From positions 1 to 52,064 of IMG/VR virus record IMGVR_UViG_3300030330_006571: a stretch of DNA of 52,064 bases. One strand, written 5' to 3'. Source of the stretch: a virus. Lineage: Duplodnaviria > Caudoviricetes. Positions 26,676 to 36,926 of this stretch are shown here, one piece after another. Every line of letters begins with the position of its first letter. Position 1 is the stretch's first letter. The position numbers and the translations under genes were made by a program. The notes under the pieces are model-generated. The model was not told the origin of the DNA. It saw only the letters and a list, made by a program, of their open reading frames with translations, and did no database searches.

Positions 26676-27436
26676 GTGGGACCGTTGGTATAGGAATTAT
26701 CACATGTGATAGACCTGACTTTTTCAAAAAGTGTAGAGAGTCTATTAGAGAGGAGTGGTATGATCGTGTGGTTGTTATTAACGATGGAAAGGGACCTCTT
26801 TTTGATGCTCGAGCACCTATTATACAGACAACAGGTAAAGAGGGTGTAGGTCGCGCAAAAAATCGAGCATTTAAGCATTTACTTGAGGAAGGATGTGAAC
26901 ATATTTTTTTAGTAGAGGATGATGTTGTCTTTAAAAAAAATGCATTTCAGGCATATATAGATGCAAGTAAAAAGACAAAAGTTAAACATTTTAATTATTG
27001 CTTACACGGTCAAGATAATAAAATAAACAATAAACCTAATCCTCGTAAAATTATTGATATTAAAGGTACTAAAGTATCGCTATATTTTAACATATATGGA
27101 GCATGCTCCTATTACCACAGATCAGTATTAGAAGATATTGGGTTATTTGATGAAAAGTATATTAACGCGATGGAACATGTTGATCATACTATGCATGCAA
27201 TAACGAAAAACTACCACCCACCGTTTAGATGGTTTATTGATTTAGAAAATAGTAATGATTATATTGAAGACCAGGATTATAATCATGATAAGTCAAAAAT
27301 TCGCACTGGTAATTGGATGGAAAATTTTCGGAAAGGAGTAGAAAGATTTAAAAGTAAGTATAAAATTGATGTGACAAATCCTTATCAGGAATACGATGAT
27401 ATTGATAAGGTTATTAGTTATTTTAAATCGCTATGA
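26672..27436 (+). CDS. GT-A (GT2-like) glycosyltransferase
   Basis: IGIITCDRP, VVINDG, GVGRAKN, LVEDD, IGLFDEKY...EHVD. Confidence 0.85.
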   Translation: MSGTVGIGIITCDRPDFFKKCRESIREEWYDRVVVINDGKGPLFDARAPIIQTTGKEGVGRAKNRAFKHLLEEGCEHIFLVEDDVVFKKNAFQAYIDASKKTKVKHFNYCLHGQDNKINNKPNPRKIIDIKGTKVSLYFNIYGACSYYHRSVLEDIGLFDEKYINAMEHVDHTMHAITKNYHPPFRWFIDLENSNDYIEDQDYNHDKSKIRTGNWMENFRKGVERFKSKYKIDVTNPYQEYDDIDKVISYFKSL

Positions 27437-28182
27437 AGATCGGTGTAGGAGTTACAACGTATAATGCTGAACATTATTTTAAAGATCTCTATGATTCATT
27501 ACCTTTGGATCGTATAGATGAACTAGTTGTTGTTAATGGAGGTAAAGAATATAAAAACAAGTATAAAGATGCTCATTGGATCCAGCATAGTAAAAATTAT
27601 TACCCTTCTGTTTGTAGAAATGATTGTTTGAGGTTCTTAATGGAAAGAGACATGGATTATTATATCACATTAGAGGATGATATGGTAATTAAGGATCCAA
27701 ATATCTTTGATAAATACATTGAAGCAGCTGAACTCAGTAAGTTTGGTTATTTTTGCTTTGTAAGTACATCGTGGGAGTCAGGAGAGCCGGGAAATAGAAC
27801 ACCTAAACTTGAATTACAATATTCAAAAGACGTTACTGTTAATCTTTACCCACATATGTGTAATGAATTTACATTTAAAACAAAAAAGTGTATTGAAGAT
27901 ACCGGTTTATATGATAATAAGTTTAGATATATTTTTGATGTTGAAAATGTACATAGAATAGCACAAGCAGACTATATTCCAAGCTTTTGGTGGTTTCCTG
28001 ATGTAAAAGATTCTGATAATTTGATTATGAATCACCCAGAGACAGAGTCTAGAATTAACGCGGGAGGTGAAAGAGATAAAAAATTAGGTAAGGAGTATGA
28101 TATGTTTATAAAAAAACATGGTACAGCTGTGCAGGGTATACCTAATTTAACCAAACAGCAAGTTATAGATAAGATTAAATGA
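27433..28182 (+). CDS. GT-A (GT2-like) glycosyltransferase, paralogue of the upstream gene
   Basis: VGVTTYN, VVVNGG, CRN, LEDDM, TGLYDNKF. Confidence 0.82.
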   Translation: MKIGVGVTTYNAEHYFKDLYDSLPLDRIDELVVVNGGKEYKNKYKDAHWIQHSKNYYPSVCRNDCLRFLMERDMDYYITLEDDMVIKDPNIFDKYIEAAELSKFGYFCFVSTSWESGEPGNRTPKLELQYSKDVTVNLYPHMCNEFTFKTKKCIEDTGLYDNKFRYIFDVENVHRIAQADYIPSFWWFPDVKDSDNLIMNHPETESRINAGGERDKKLGKEYDMFIKKHGTAVQGIPNLTKQQVIDKIK

Positions 28183-28949
28183 AAATTGCAATTGGTATCA
28201 ATAGTTTTAAGCAGGAAGCTGACTTAGAGAAAAGAGAAGCTTTATGTTTAGAGTCATTGCGCAGGTGTCGAGATAAAAATTCTGATGTTACTTTATATAA
28301 TGTTATACATGATCAAGATAATATTGCTTTTGATGGGTTTGAGACCTTAAAGTTACAGCAAGACGGTAGATATCCTTATGTAAATAAAATAATTGATGAG
28401 TTAGCTAAAACAGACAATGAACTTATCGTATTTTTAAACAACGATATTGTATTAAACGCTTCTTTTTTTAAGCAAATAGAAAAAGACATTGAGTCGTATC
28501 CAACTTCTAGAGTACATTTACATAGTCTAGATAGTCTAAATGAAGATCTTAAGCTTCAATCATATAGTGTACATGGATTTGACCTGTTTGCCTTTCAAAA
28601 ATCATGGTGGCTTACCAATAACCATCTATTTCCGGATATGTATCTAGGTAAACCTTACTGGGATACGGTATATTTTATCAAAAGTGTTCTAAACAGTAAT
28701 TTTAAAATACTAAACAAACAACCTCCTGTTATTTTTCATCCTGAACATAGCTCTGAGTCTATGGAAGGGCATGATAGATATAAAACACATAATGAAAAAA
28801 TTGCTAGTACCATACCGGAAATGGGTAAATGGTGGCATTTTGTACAAAATGTCCTTCTTAAACGACCATCTGCAGGGGAAGTGCTGTGGTGGACACCGCT
28901 AGCTAACGAAATTGAACTAGAAAACCAATTATTCCGACATGAAAATTAA
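28179..28949 (+). CDS. Putative glycosyltransferase (GT-A-like)
   Basis: VFLNNDI (DxD-like), GFDLFAF, LGKPYWD, FHPEH; operon context. Confidence 0.58.
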   Translation: MKIAIGINSFKQEADLEKREALCLESLRRCRDKNSDVTLYNVIHDQDNIAFDGFETLKLQQDGRYPYVNKIIDELAKTDNELIVFLNNDIVLNASFFKQIEKDIESYPTSRVHLHSLDSLNEDLKLQSYSVHGFDLFAFQKSWWLTNNHLFPDMYLGKPYWDTVYFIKSVLNSNFKILNKQPPVIFHPEHSSESMEGHDRYKTHNEKIASTIPEMGKWWHFVQNVLLKRPSAGEVLWWTPLANEIELENQLFRHEN

Positions 28950-29634
28950 AGCGTATACACTGTTTACACCGTCACATAAAAAGTTTCTTTATGAATACTT
29001 ACTAGATTCGTTTAAACATAACGAAAACATAGAGCTCACTATACTCCATAGGCCACAACTATGTGAAACTGCAGAGTTTGGTACTGAAGGATGGCATGGT
29101 ACTATGTACTATAAGGCAAATTGCTTTTACGAGAAGCTAAAAGAGTGCGGTAACGATGAGATCTTTATGTTTATCGACCCGGATATTGTAATTTATAGAG
29201 ATTTTTATGATGATATTGTTAAACGTATGGAAACAGTCGATATGGTCTTTCAAAACGATGGACCGGGTGGTGTAAATACAGGTTTTTTTGCCGTAAAAAA
29301 CAATAAAAAGACACGAGCCTTCTTTAATACTGTACGAGGTAACTTGGAAAAGTTTGAAGAAGAGCAGAGAACGACGAATCATCTATTACGTAACTTGCAA
29401 AACTTTCCTCAAATTCATGTTAAATGGAGTATGTTGCCTAATGAATACTTTACTTTTGGTCATATCGCTGGTCAACCAGACGGTAAAGGCGGGTTAAAGG
29501 GTCATTGGGTAAATACCGACAATAAATTTCCAATTCCAAAAAATATTTTTATTCATCACGGTAACTGGACACGTACAAAAGATGATAAATACAAAATTTT
29601 AGATGTAGTCAGGGACAGAATAAATGAAAGTTGA
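28939..29634 (+). CDS. Nucleotide-diphospho-sugar transferase (GT77-like)
   Basis: FIDPDIV, FQND...VNTGFFAV, EEQ, HHGNW. Confidence 0.78.
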   Translation: MKIKAYTLFTPSHKKFLYEYLLDSFKHNENIELTILHRPQLCETAEFGTEGWHGTMYYKANCFYEKLKECGNDEIFMFIDPDIVIYRDFYDDIVKRMETVDMVFQNDGPGGVNTGFFAVKNNKKTRAFFNTVRGNLEKFEEEQRTTNHLLRNLQNFPQIHVKWSMLPNEYFTFGHIAGQPDGKGGLKGHWVNTDNKFPIPKNIFIHHGNWTRTKDDKYKILDVVRDRINES

Positions 29635-30487
29635 CTTTAAAAATTTAAGAGTACCAGCAGATTACCCAACATATCCACCTTACCATAAAGGTGATTATAT
29701 GGAAGAGTACTTCTATAAGTTTTATATAGAAAACAAAAGTGATTTTGACAAAACTGGCTTTACATTAATACCAATTTTTTGGACAAACGTTTATTTAACA
29801 AGTAAAAATAAAGAGCTACTACAACCTTATTTGAATTATCTTCCAAAAAATAAAAAATACTTCACTGTGTCGCAACATGATGACGCTGTAAATGAAATAC
29901 TCCCACCAGGCACTTTAAGCTTTGAAGCAGGTGGCAATAGAAACGGTATTCCGCTGCCCTTAATTTGTTCGCCCTTGAACAAAGAGCTCATAACCCCGCG
30001 AAATAAAGATATATTATGTTCATTTGTAGGATCAATTTCGAATAACGCGCAAGGGCGAGTAAAGCTATATCAAACATACGCAAATGATCCGGATTTTTAT
30101 TTTTCAAAGCCTCGTTATTGGACAGCAGAAGTACCGCAAGATAATGTAAAAGAATTTATTGACATATCTCAACGTTCAGAATTTTGTTTAGCTCCACGTG
30201 GTTATGGGAAGAATAGTTTTAGATTGTATGAAGTAATGCAATTAGGTTCAATTCCTGTTGTTGTATATGATGAAGAATGGTTACCATTTAAAAAATATAT
30301 AAATTGGAATGAATTTAGTGTATTAGTAGAGGAGAAAGATATACCTAATTTAAAAACCAAACTACAATCCTATACAAAAGACCAAAAAGAAAAAATGCTA
30401 GAAAGGGGTAAAGAAGTTTACAAACAATATTTTAGTATGGAAGGATTTAGTAAAAACGTATTAAGACATTTACAAGATGAAAAGTGA
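29624..30487 (+). CDS. Exostosin-like (GT47) glycosyltransferase
   Basis: KDILCSFVGS, SEFCLAPRGYG..SFRLYEVMQLGSIPV, LPF...INW. Confidence 0.85.
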   Translation: MKVDFKNLRVPADYPTYPPYHKGDYMEEYFYKFYIENKSDFDKTGFTLIPIFWTNVYLTSKNKELLQPYLNYLPKNKKYFTVSQHDDAVNEILPPGTLSFEAGGNRNGIPLPLICSPLNKELITPRNKDILCSFVGSISNNAQGRVKLYQTYANDPDFYFSKPRYWTAEVPQDNVKEFIDISQRSEFCLAPRGYGKNSFRLYEVMQLGSIPVVVYDEEWLPFKKYINWNEFSVLVEEKDIPNLKTKLQSYTKDQKEKMLERGKEVYKQYFSMEGFSKNVLRHLQDEK

Positions 30488-31223
30488 TCTCCCATTATTT
30501 TATTATCAACCTAACACTGTACCGTATTTAGAAAAGAGTTTAGAGCTCAACAAAAAAATATTTAAGGATTTAATTATTATTAAAGGAACAGATTGCCCGG
30601 AGTTTAATAACGTCTATAAACATATGTGTTATAATGCAGATATGTTTGAACGGTTATGCTTTATTCGCTTTTTTAAAATACTAGAATATGTAAAGGAAAA
30701 TAATATTGATAAGTTTTTGTATTGTGATTCTGATGCAATCTTTTTAACACCTTTAGATTTTGAAAAAATATTAGATACAGAAAAATGTGTAGCATGCAAA
30801 CCAGAGCAGCAAGACAAATTCGAAGATGTTACTTGCGCGCATTTTTCAATATGGACGAAAGACGGTCTAGAAGATTTTTGTAACTTTATTATTGACATAT
30901 ATACAAATAACATTGATATTCTTTTACCTAAATGGGAATGGCATATGGAAACGCAAACTGGCGGCGGTATATGTGATATGACAGTAATGTATCATTGGTA
31001 TAAAGGCAGTAAAAATCTGTATAATATTAACGGAGGTGCTTTCGATAGAGGTATTGGCATGCCACAAAATAATATACCGGATGAATATGAAATGAAGGGC
31101 GATATAAAGAGATTGCGCAAGATTGATAACCAAATTTTCGGTACTAATTATAACGATGAGTTAGTTCAATTCTTTGGATTACACTTCCAAGGAGATAAGA
31201 AAGAATATATGAATTTATTATGA
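30477..31223 (+). CDS. Putative GT-A glycosyltransferase
   Basis: CFIRF, FLYCDSDA (DxD), ICDMT, LHFQG..K. Confidence 0.65.
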   Translation: MKSDLPLFYYQPNTVPYLEKSLELNKKIFKDLIIIKGTDCPEFNNVYKHMCYNADMFERLCFIRFFKILEYVKENNIDKFLYCDSDAIFLTPLDFEKILDTEKCVACKPEQQDKFEDVTCAHFSIWTKDGLEDFCNFIIDIYTNNIDILLPKWEWHMETQTGGGICDMTVMYHWYKGSKNLYNINGGAFDRGIGMPQNNIPDEYEMKGDIKRLRKIDNQIFGTNYNDELVQFFGLHFQGDKKEYMNLL

Positions 31224-31870
31224 AAATAGCAGTTTGTTTTTCCGGTCAAATAAGATCCTTTAATTTAGTTAAAGACTCAATGAAAAAATTTTTATTGAAT
31301 GATCCTAACATAGACGTCTTTTGCCATACATACTATAGGTATGATAATTCAGACTATGTAAATTTTACTGATCCGCATACTCCTATTTACGGTAATTTTG
31401 GGGACATAAATTTAAATGAATTAATAGACCTATTTAAACCTAAAAGTTTTAAATTTGAACCCCCTAACTACCCGGAAAATGCAAAAAGTATGTTTAATTC
31501 AATATACGAAAGTAATGAATTAAAAAAACAATACGAAGAAGCAAATGATTTTAAATATGATATTGTAGTTCGAGGCAGATATGACTTGTTGTTTAATACT
31601 TCTATAGATTATGTAATAGATAACAACATACACCTTATTGAAAGACCTGGAGGCCGTGGAGGTATAAATGATTGGTATGCGTATGGTAACAGCCATAATA
31701 TGGATATATATTCTAGTGTCTTTCCGTGTTATAAACATACAGAAAAGGTAAAAGAAATCGGTCCGGAAAAATTATTAGGTGAACATGTTTATAATAATGG
31801 TATCTCTGTAGTATTTTTAGATCGTGATAGTTTCTGTTTACAGAGAAGAGACGGTTCCACGTTAGCATGA
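31220..31870 (+). CDS. Glycan-locus protein, putative glycosyltransferase
   Basis: MKIAVCFSGQIR, DVFCHT, YDIVVRGRYD, NDWYAYG, GPEKLL; a family frequent in polysaccharide loci. Confidence 0.62.
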   Translation: MKIAVCFSGQIRSFNLVKDSMKKFLLNDPNIDVFCHTYYRYDNSDYVNFTDPHTPIYGNFGDINLNELIDLFKPKSFKFEPPNYPENAKSMFNSIYESNELKKQYEEANDFKYDIVVRGRYDLLFNTSIDYVIDNNIHLIERPGGRGGINDWYAYGNSHNMDIYSSVFPCYKHTEKVKEIGPEKLLGEHVYNNGISVVFLDRDSFCLQRRDGSTLA

Positions 31871-33219
31871 AAAAATTATTAGTTTTTGATTTAGATGGTG
31901 TTTTAATTGATGCAAAAAATATACACTATAAGGCACTAAATGATGCTTTAGAAAAAATTGATGAAAAATATACTATTAATTTAAATGAACATCTATCTAC
32001 TTATGACGGGCTAAGTACTCGATTAAAATTAAAAAAGCTTTCTATTGAAAAATCTCTACCCTATGATAAGCATGATATAGTATGGAATGATAAACAAAAA
32101 TTTACCAATGAAAAAATTTGCAAAATTAAAAAAGACAATGAATTAATTTCCATACTTAAAAAAATTAAAAAAGAAGATATAAAGATAGCATGTTGTTCTA
32201 ATTCAATTAGAAATACAATTTACACCATATTATCTAAACTAGATATTGCTAATTATTTTGATTTGATCCTTTCAAATGAAGACGTTTTAAAACCTAAACC
32301 ATATCCAGCAATATATTGGAAAGCTATGACGGCTTTCGGAGTTACCCCGAATGAAACTTTAATAGTTGAGGATTCTCCAAAAGGCTTATTAGCGGCTCAT
32401 ACAAGCGGCGCAAATGTTTTAAGAGTTGACAATCGGAGCGATTTAAGCTATAATAAGATTATGAAATACCTATCTTCAAATAACGAACTTACTAGTAAGT
32501 GGTCAGATGAAAGGCTAAACGTCTTGATACCCATGGCCGGTGCAGGTAGTAGATTTGAAAAAGCAGGTTACTCATTTCCAAAGCCCTTAATTGAAGTAAA
32601 GGGTAAGCCGATGATACAGGTAGTTGTAGACAATTTAAATTACGAAAGTAATCATATTTTTTTAGTACAGAGGTCGCATAGAGAAAAATATAATTTAGAT
32701 TCTCTTTTACCATTAATTACTAAAAAATGTGATATTCTAGAAGTTAATGGTATTACCGAAGGTGCGGCATGTACTACTCTCTTAGCAAAAGATTTAATTA
32801 ATAACAATAATCCTTTAATTATTGCTAATTCTGATCAGTTTTTAGAATGGAATGTAAATGATTTTATGTATAAAATGAAAGAGCAAGATGCTGATGCTGG
32901 TATTGTAACCTTTACAGCAACACATCCAAAATGGTCTTTTGCTAAAGTAGATAAATATGATTTCGTAACAGAAGTAGCAGAAAAAAAACCCATCTCCGAC
33001 ATTGCAACAGTCGGTGTATATTACTGGAAAAGGGGCTCAGATTACGTAAAATATGCAGAAAGAATGATAGAAAAAAATATTAGATTTAATGATGAATTTT
33101 ATGTTTGCCCTGTTTTTAATGAAGCAATAAGTGATCATAAAAAAATAAAAATCTATCATATTGATAAGATGTATGGGCTGGGTACCCCTGAAGATTTAAA
33201 TAATTTCCTTAACAAGTGA
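31867..33219 (+). CDS. HAD phosphatase / sugar nucleotidyltransferase fusion
   Basis: N-terminal FDLDGVL, KPKPYP, IVEDS..G; C-terminal IPMAGAGSRF, PKPLI, GAACT, ANSDQ, EKKPIS, LGTPEDL. Confidence 0.9.
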   Translation: MKKLLVFDLDGVLIDAKNIHYKALNDALEKIDEKYTINLNEHLSTYDGLSTRLKLKKLSIEKSLPYDKHDIVWNDKQKFTNEKICKIKKDNELISILKKIKKEDIKIACCSNSIRNTIYTILSKLDIANYFDLILSNEDVLKPKPYPAIYWKAMTAFGVTPNETLIVEDSPKGLLAAHTSGANVLRVDNRSDLSYNKIMKYLSSNNELTSKWSDERLNVLIPMAGAGSRFEKAGYSFPKPLIEVKGKPMIQVVVDNLNYESNHIFLVQRSHREKYNLDSLLPLITKKCDILEVNGITEGAACTTLLAKDLINNNNPLIIANSDQFLEWNVNDFMYKMKEQDADAGIVTFTATHPKWSFAKVDKYDFVTEVAEKKPISDIATVGVYYWKRGSDYVKYAERMIEKNIRFNDEFYVCPVFNEAISDHKKIKIYHIDKMYGLGTPEDLNNFLNK

Positions 33220-33650
33220 AAATAATATCACATAGAGGTAATTTAGAAGGCAAAAATGAATATGAAAATTATCCTGAACAAATTGAAAAAGCTCTATCGC
33301 ATGATATAGATTGTGAAATCGACCTGTGGTTAAAACAAAATAGACTATATCTTGGCCATGATAGCCCAGATGTAATGATTAGTAAGTCCTTTCTAAAAAC
33401 CCCCGGTCTTTGGATTCACGCAAAAAATTTAGAAGCAGTTGAATGGTTAAGCAAAACTAATCTCCATTGGTTTTGGCATGAGGAAGATAAGCTTACTATT
33501 ACTAGTAAAGGCGTTATTTGGTGTTACCCTAATGTATATGTACAGGGAGGTGTAACCGTAATTAAGAGTATTGATAATTTAAATCCAGATATTAAATCAT
33601 TATGTAAGGGCATTTGTACTGACTATCCGCTAAAAGCTAGATTATTATGA
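33216..33650 (+). CDS. Minimal GDPD/PLC-like phosphodiesterase
   Basis: IISHRGN, EN, CEIDLW, LGHD, LWIHAKN, TITSKG, GICTDY. Confidence 0.8.
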   Translation: MKIISHRGNLEGKNEYENYPEQIEKALSHDIDCEIDLWLKQNRLYLGHDSPDVMISKSFLKTPGLWIHAKNLEAVEWLSKTNLHWFWHEEDKLTITSKGVIWCYPNVYVQGGVTVIKSIDNLNPDIKSLCKGICTDYPLKARLL

Positions 33651-34447
33651 AAAAATTTTTAACAACATTTGCATTATATAGTGATCATAGACAAGCATTA
33701 TATGAGCAATTTATTCGTCCGCGGTTTGCAAAATATGCAGAAATGCATGGCATGAAATTTGTAGAACTTAATAACGACAATTTTAAAATACAAATACTAC
33801 ACCCGGAATTTGATGTACGAGAAAACATGCACTTTAATCGATGGTTATTGTTTAAAAGACTTCTAGATGAAAAAAAATTAAACGACGGTGATATTTTATA
33901 TAATTTCGACGCTGATGTCTTCATTAAAGAGATGGATCAGCACTTTGAGCCAGATAAAGGATTTTCATATGCAATCGATTCAGGAAACACACACTGTTTT
34001 GGTTTCTTTGCATTAAAAATTAATGATTTTTCACGTAAACTCATTAACGCTATTATTGATAGGGAAAGATGGCTCAAGGTAAGTCAATACGAGTTTTTTA
34101 ACGAACATAATAATGAAAAAGGTAAATGGCATATTGCTGATCAACAGATGTATTATACTTGTGCCGGTATTAAGCCCCATAGCTGGGAGTCATTCTATGG
34201 CTTAGATAACTTAGGATTTCACTCGTATCCCACAGAGCATACAATCTTTTCTCTTGACGAGCTTAAAGAAAATGTAAACGTGTTACCTACAGAATGGAAT
34301 GTAACACAGCTACATGACGAGACTGGGACTCTCAACATTGCTAAATACAATATTAATAAAACCACTTTAGAAAAAACCATATTTAGACACTTTGCAGGTG
34401 GTCAACCATGGCGTTTCGATGAATATACGCAAAAGTACACAATATAA
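33647..34447 (+). CDS. Putative GT-A glycosyltransferase (GT34-like)
   Basis: KYAEMHG, FDADV (DxD), CFGFF, ADQ, LPTEWN, RHFAG. Confidence 0.7.
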   Translation: MKKFLTTFALYSDHRQALYEQFIRPRFAKYAEMHGMKFVELNNDNFKIQILHPEFDVRENMHFNRWLLFKRLLDEKKLNDGDILYNFDADVFIKEMDQHFEPDKGFSYAIDSGNTHCFGFFALKINDFSRKLINAIIDRERWLKVSQYEFFNEHNNEKGKWHIADQQMYYTCAGIKPHSWESFYGLDNLGFHSYPTEHTIFSLDELKENVNVLPTEWNVTQLHDETGTLNIAKYNINKTTLEKTIFRHFAGGQPWRFDEYTQKYTI

Positions 34448-34452
34448 ATCTT

Positions 34453-35208
34453 ATGAAAGAATACGATCCAACAAAAGAGCCAGATTTTTGTCTACCAAAC
34501 ACTTGGGATTGGATGAAAACATTAGTAGGCGAGCCATTGCAGTTTGAGCTATTTAAACGTATTATAACAGGTATTAAAATTAAACAGCTGATTCACGATA
34601 TAGCACACAAAGTATATGATCCGCCGCGGGGAGTTCACTGCCTCCGTCGTGTAACACAAGAAATATATGACCCACCGGTTATGCTAGAATTAGGGGCAGC
34701 AAAGGGAGAATATTCTACTTATTTTAACCAAGAACTTCCTTCAAGTACAAATATATGTGTAGAAATCCGAGATTCACAGGCTGATTATATTCGCGGGTCT
34801 CTTCCAGGTTCAATTGTATATAGTGGATATTGCGGAACTCGAAAACATCTAGGTGAATCTGCAGAACCTTCATGGGGAGAAGACAGAGGTCTTACCACTA
34901 CAAAAATTAATTTAAAGGATATCTTTGTTGAAAATAATATAAAGCATGTTGATATATTACATATGGATATACAAGGGTCCGAAGCTTCAATATTAGAAGA
35001 ATTAGCTAACGAGAAACTACTTCATAAAATAGAATACGTATTTATATCTACACACGGTCGTAATACACAAGACTGCACGTATACGGAATGTATTAAATTC
35101 TTTAAAGAATGTGTTAAAAATATAACAGTTAGATATATATTTACTTCTATTGACCCTATCGATATTAATAACGACGGTCTAATAGTAGTAAAATTAACTA
35201 AAAAATGA
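34453..35208 (+). CDS. FkbM-family methyltransferase
   Basis: MLELGAAKGEYS, ICVE, VDILHMDIQGSE, FISTH, DGLIV. Confidence 0.8.
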   Translation: MKEYDPTKEPDFCLPNTWDWMKTLVGEPLQFELFKRIITGIKIKQLIHDIAHKVYDPPRGVHCLRRVTQEIYDPPVMLELGAAKGEYSTYFNQELPSSTNICVEIRDSQADYIRGSLPGSIVYSGYCGTRKHLGESAEPSWGEDRGLTTTKINLKDIFVENNIKHVDILHMDIQGSEASILEELANEKLLHKIEYVFISTHGRNTQDCTYTECIKFFKECVKNITVRYIFTSIDPIDINNDGLIVVKLTKK

Positions 35209-35939
35209 AAATAGAAGAATTTACAATATGTTTACATTGCGGTTGTAGTAGAGAAGTTGTTGACAACCAAATTGAAATGCTCAAGCCGTTAACTGAAAAA
35301 TATAAAGTTTTTTGGAATAATAGAATAGATAGACACCCTGCTATCTATCCATCATATTCACAAATGCTTAATCACTGTATAGTTACATCTCCAACAGAGT
35401 ATGTCTTTTTTATAAATGATAGAGCTTTTCCTAAGCCAGAGGAAGTTGAAAAAATGTTAGGTCTTTTAGAAAGTGGGCATGCGTGGACCGCGGTCAGTGG
35501 CATCGGATTTAGTGCTCATTCAAAAGAATTAGTGAGAAAGATCGGATGGCAAGATGAGCGTTTTATCAACGGTGGGTGGGAAGATAGAGACTGGGTGTGG
35601 AGATTTAAAATAGCTGATTTGTGTATCTATGAATCTCATGAAGGAACGTATGATCGAACTTGGAAATCACCACTCAATATACCAGGAGGGCATCAATCCA
35701 CACCGCATTGGTTAAAAAAATATATACATGATGATTCCAATAATACGATTATTAAACGCATACCTGAAGAAAAATATTATCACTGGGATTTATTTTTAGG
35801 ACCGGCTCGACCAGATATTAGTAGTACATGGAAAACTTGGAAAGATTCCACTCTTGATGTTAGTGCAGAAAGTATAGAGAATAGATGGAGCAGTAGTTAT
35901 TTAATGGGTGGTAGAGAAATTATTGAAAAATACGCATAA
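35205..35939 (+). CDS. Putative GT-A glycosyltransferase (GT2/GT7 C-terminal-like)
   Basis: FINDR, IGWQDERF..GGWEDRDW..R. Confidence 0.72.
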   Translation: MKIEEFTICLHCGCSREVVDNQIEMLKPLTEKYKVFWNNRIDRHPAIYPSYSQMLNHCIVTSPTEYVFFINDRAFPKPEEVEKMLGLLESGHAWTAVSGIGFSAHSKELVRKIGWQDERFINGGWEDRDWVWRFKIADLCIYESHEGTYDRTWKSPLNIPGGHQSTPHWLKKYIHDDSNNTIIKRIPEEKYYHWDLFLGPARPDISSTWKTWKDSTLDVSAESIENRWSSSYLMGGREIIEKYA

Positions 35940-35945
35940 GATTTT

Positions 35946-36914
35946 ATGAGAATATTGTTTATAACGACAAAAGACCCAGATTCACAAAATGATTTACTAG
36001 AAGTTAGTATACTTCATGGATTGAGATCTGTTATGGGTAAAAATTGTATCGATTACCCTCGTAAAAAAATAATGTATCATGATTTTTCTGAATCTCCTAA
36101 AGATGAGTTACATGGGAGAGGATTTAGTTTATTAACTGAGCCGATAGAAGATTTAACAGAAGAAGAAAGAAAGCTTGATCAATTTGATGCAGTGATATAT
36201 GGTGATGGTCACATGCGTGGAGAAATGCCAGAAGCTAAATACAAAGATTTAGCTAAGAATGGAAACTATTGGGTGCTTGATGGTCATGATTTAGATGGCG
36301 ATGCGCAAAGAAAGATAAAAATAAAGGAGGGGGATAGAGAGATAGAGGTTATTGGTACACAGTTTCAAAGATCTTTTAAGCGGGAGTTAGTTGAAGTTGG
36401 TCTTAAAAACGTTTATACTACTGGGTTTGGTATACCAAAACATAGAATAATGGATATTGATTTAACTAAAAAAGAACAAGTTTATCAAAAAACCGCGCCT
36501 GACTACGCAGCATTTTCCCCGGTAAGAAATTTTGGTGATAATACCTTTGCACACCATTCCTTTACAGATGAAAATGAATATTATAATGATTTACATAAAT
36601 CGTGGTTTGGGCTAACATGTAGAAAAGGCGGGTGGGATTGTTTAAGACATTATGAAATAATAGCCGCAGGATCGGTTTTGCTGTTTAGAGATTATAATCT
36701 AAAGCCGGCTGCATGCTCACCTCAATGCATACCTTGTTTATCATATTCTTCAAAAGAAGAATTAACCGAAATAATTAATCGATTAGTAGTTAATAACAAA
36801 CCTACTGATGAATATATGTTCTATCTTAACCGACAGAGAGAGTGGTTATATAACATAGGCACTACTGAAGCTCGAGCTAATCACATACTCACCGTGATAA
36901 AAGATAACATATAA
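35946..36914 (+). CDS. Putative GT-B glycosyltransferase (CgeB-like C-terminus)
   Basis: HGLRS, LDGHD, FKRE, YYNDLHKSWFGLT..KGGWDCLRHYEIIAAG. Confidence 0.66.
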   Translation: MRILFITTKDPDSQNDLLEVSILHGLRSVMGKNCIDYPRKKIMYHDFSESPKDELHGRGFSLLTEPIEDLTEEERKLDQFDAVIYGDGHMRGEMPEAKYKDLAKNGNYWVLDGHDLDGDAQRKIKIKEGDREIEVIGTQFQRSFKRELVEVGLKNVYTTGFGIPKHRIMDIDLTKKEQVYQKTAPDYAAFSPVRNFGDNTFAHHSFTDENEYYNDLHKSWFGLTCRKGGWDCLRHYEIIAAGSVLLFRDYNLKPAACSPQCIPCLSYSSKEELTEIINRLVVNNKPTDEYMFYLNRQREWLYNIGTTEARANHILTVIKDNI

Positions 36915-36917
36915 ATA
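36910..36917 (+). promoter_or_regulatory. T4-type late promoter TATAAATA
   Basis: Exact consensus 9 nt before ATG 36927. Confidence 0.55.
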
Positions 36918-36926
36918 ACTATTCAT

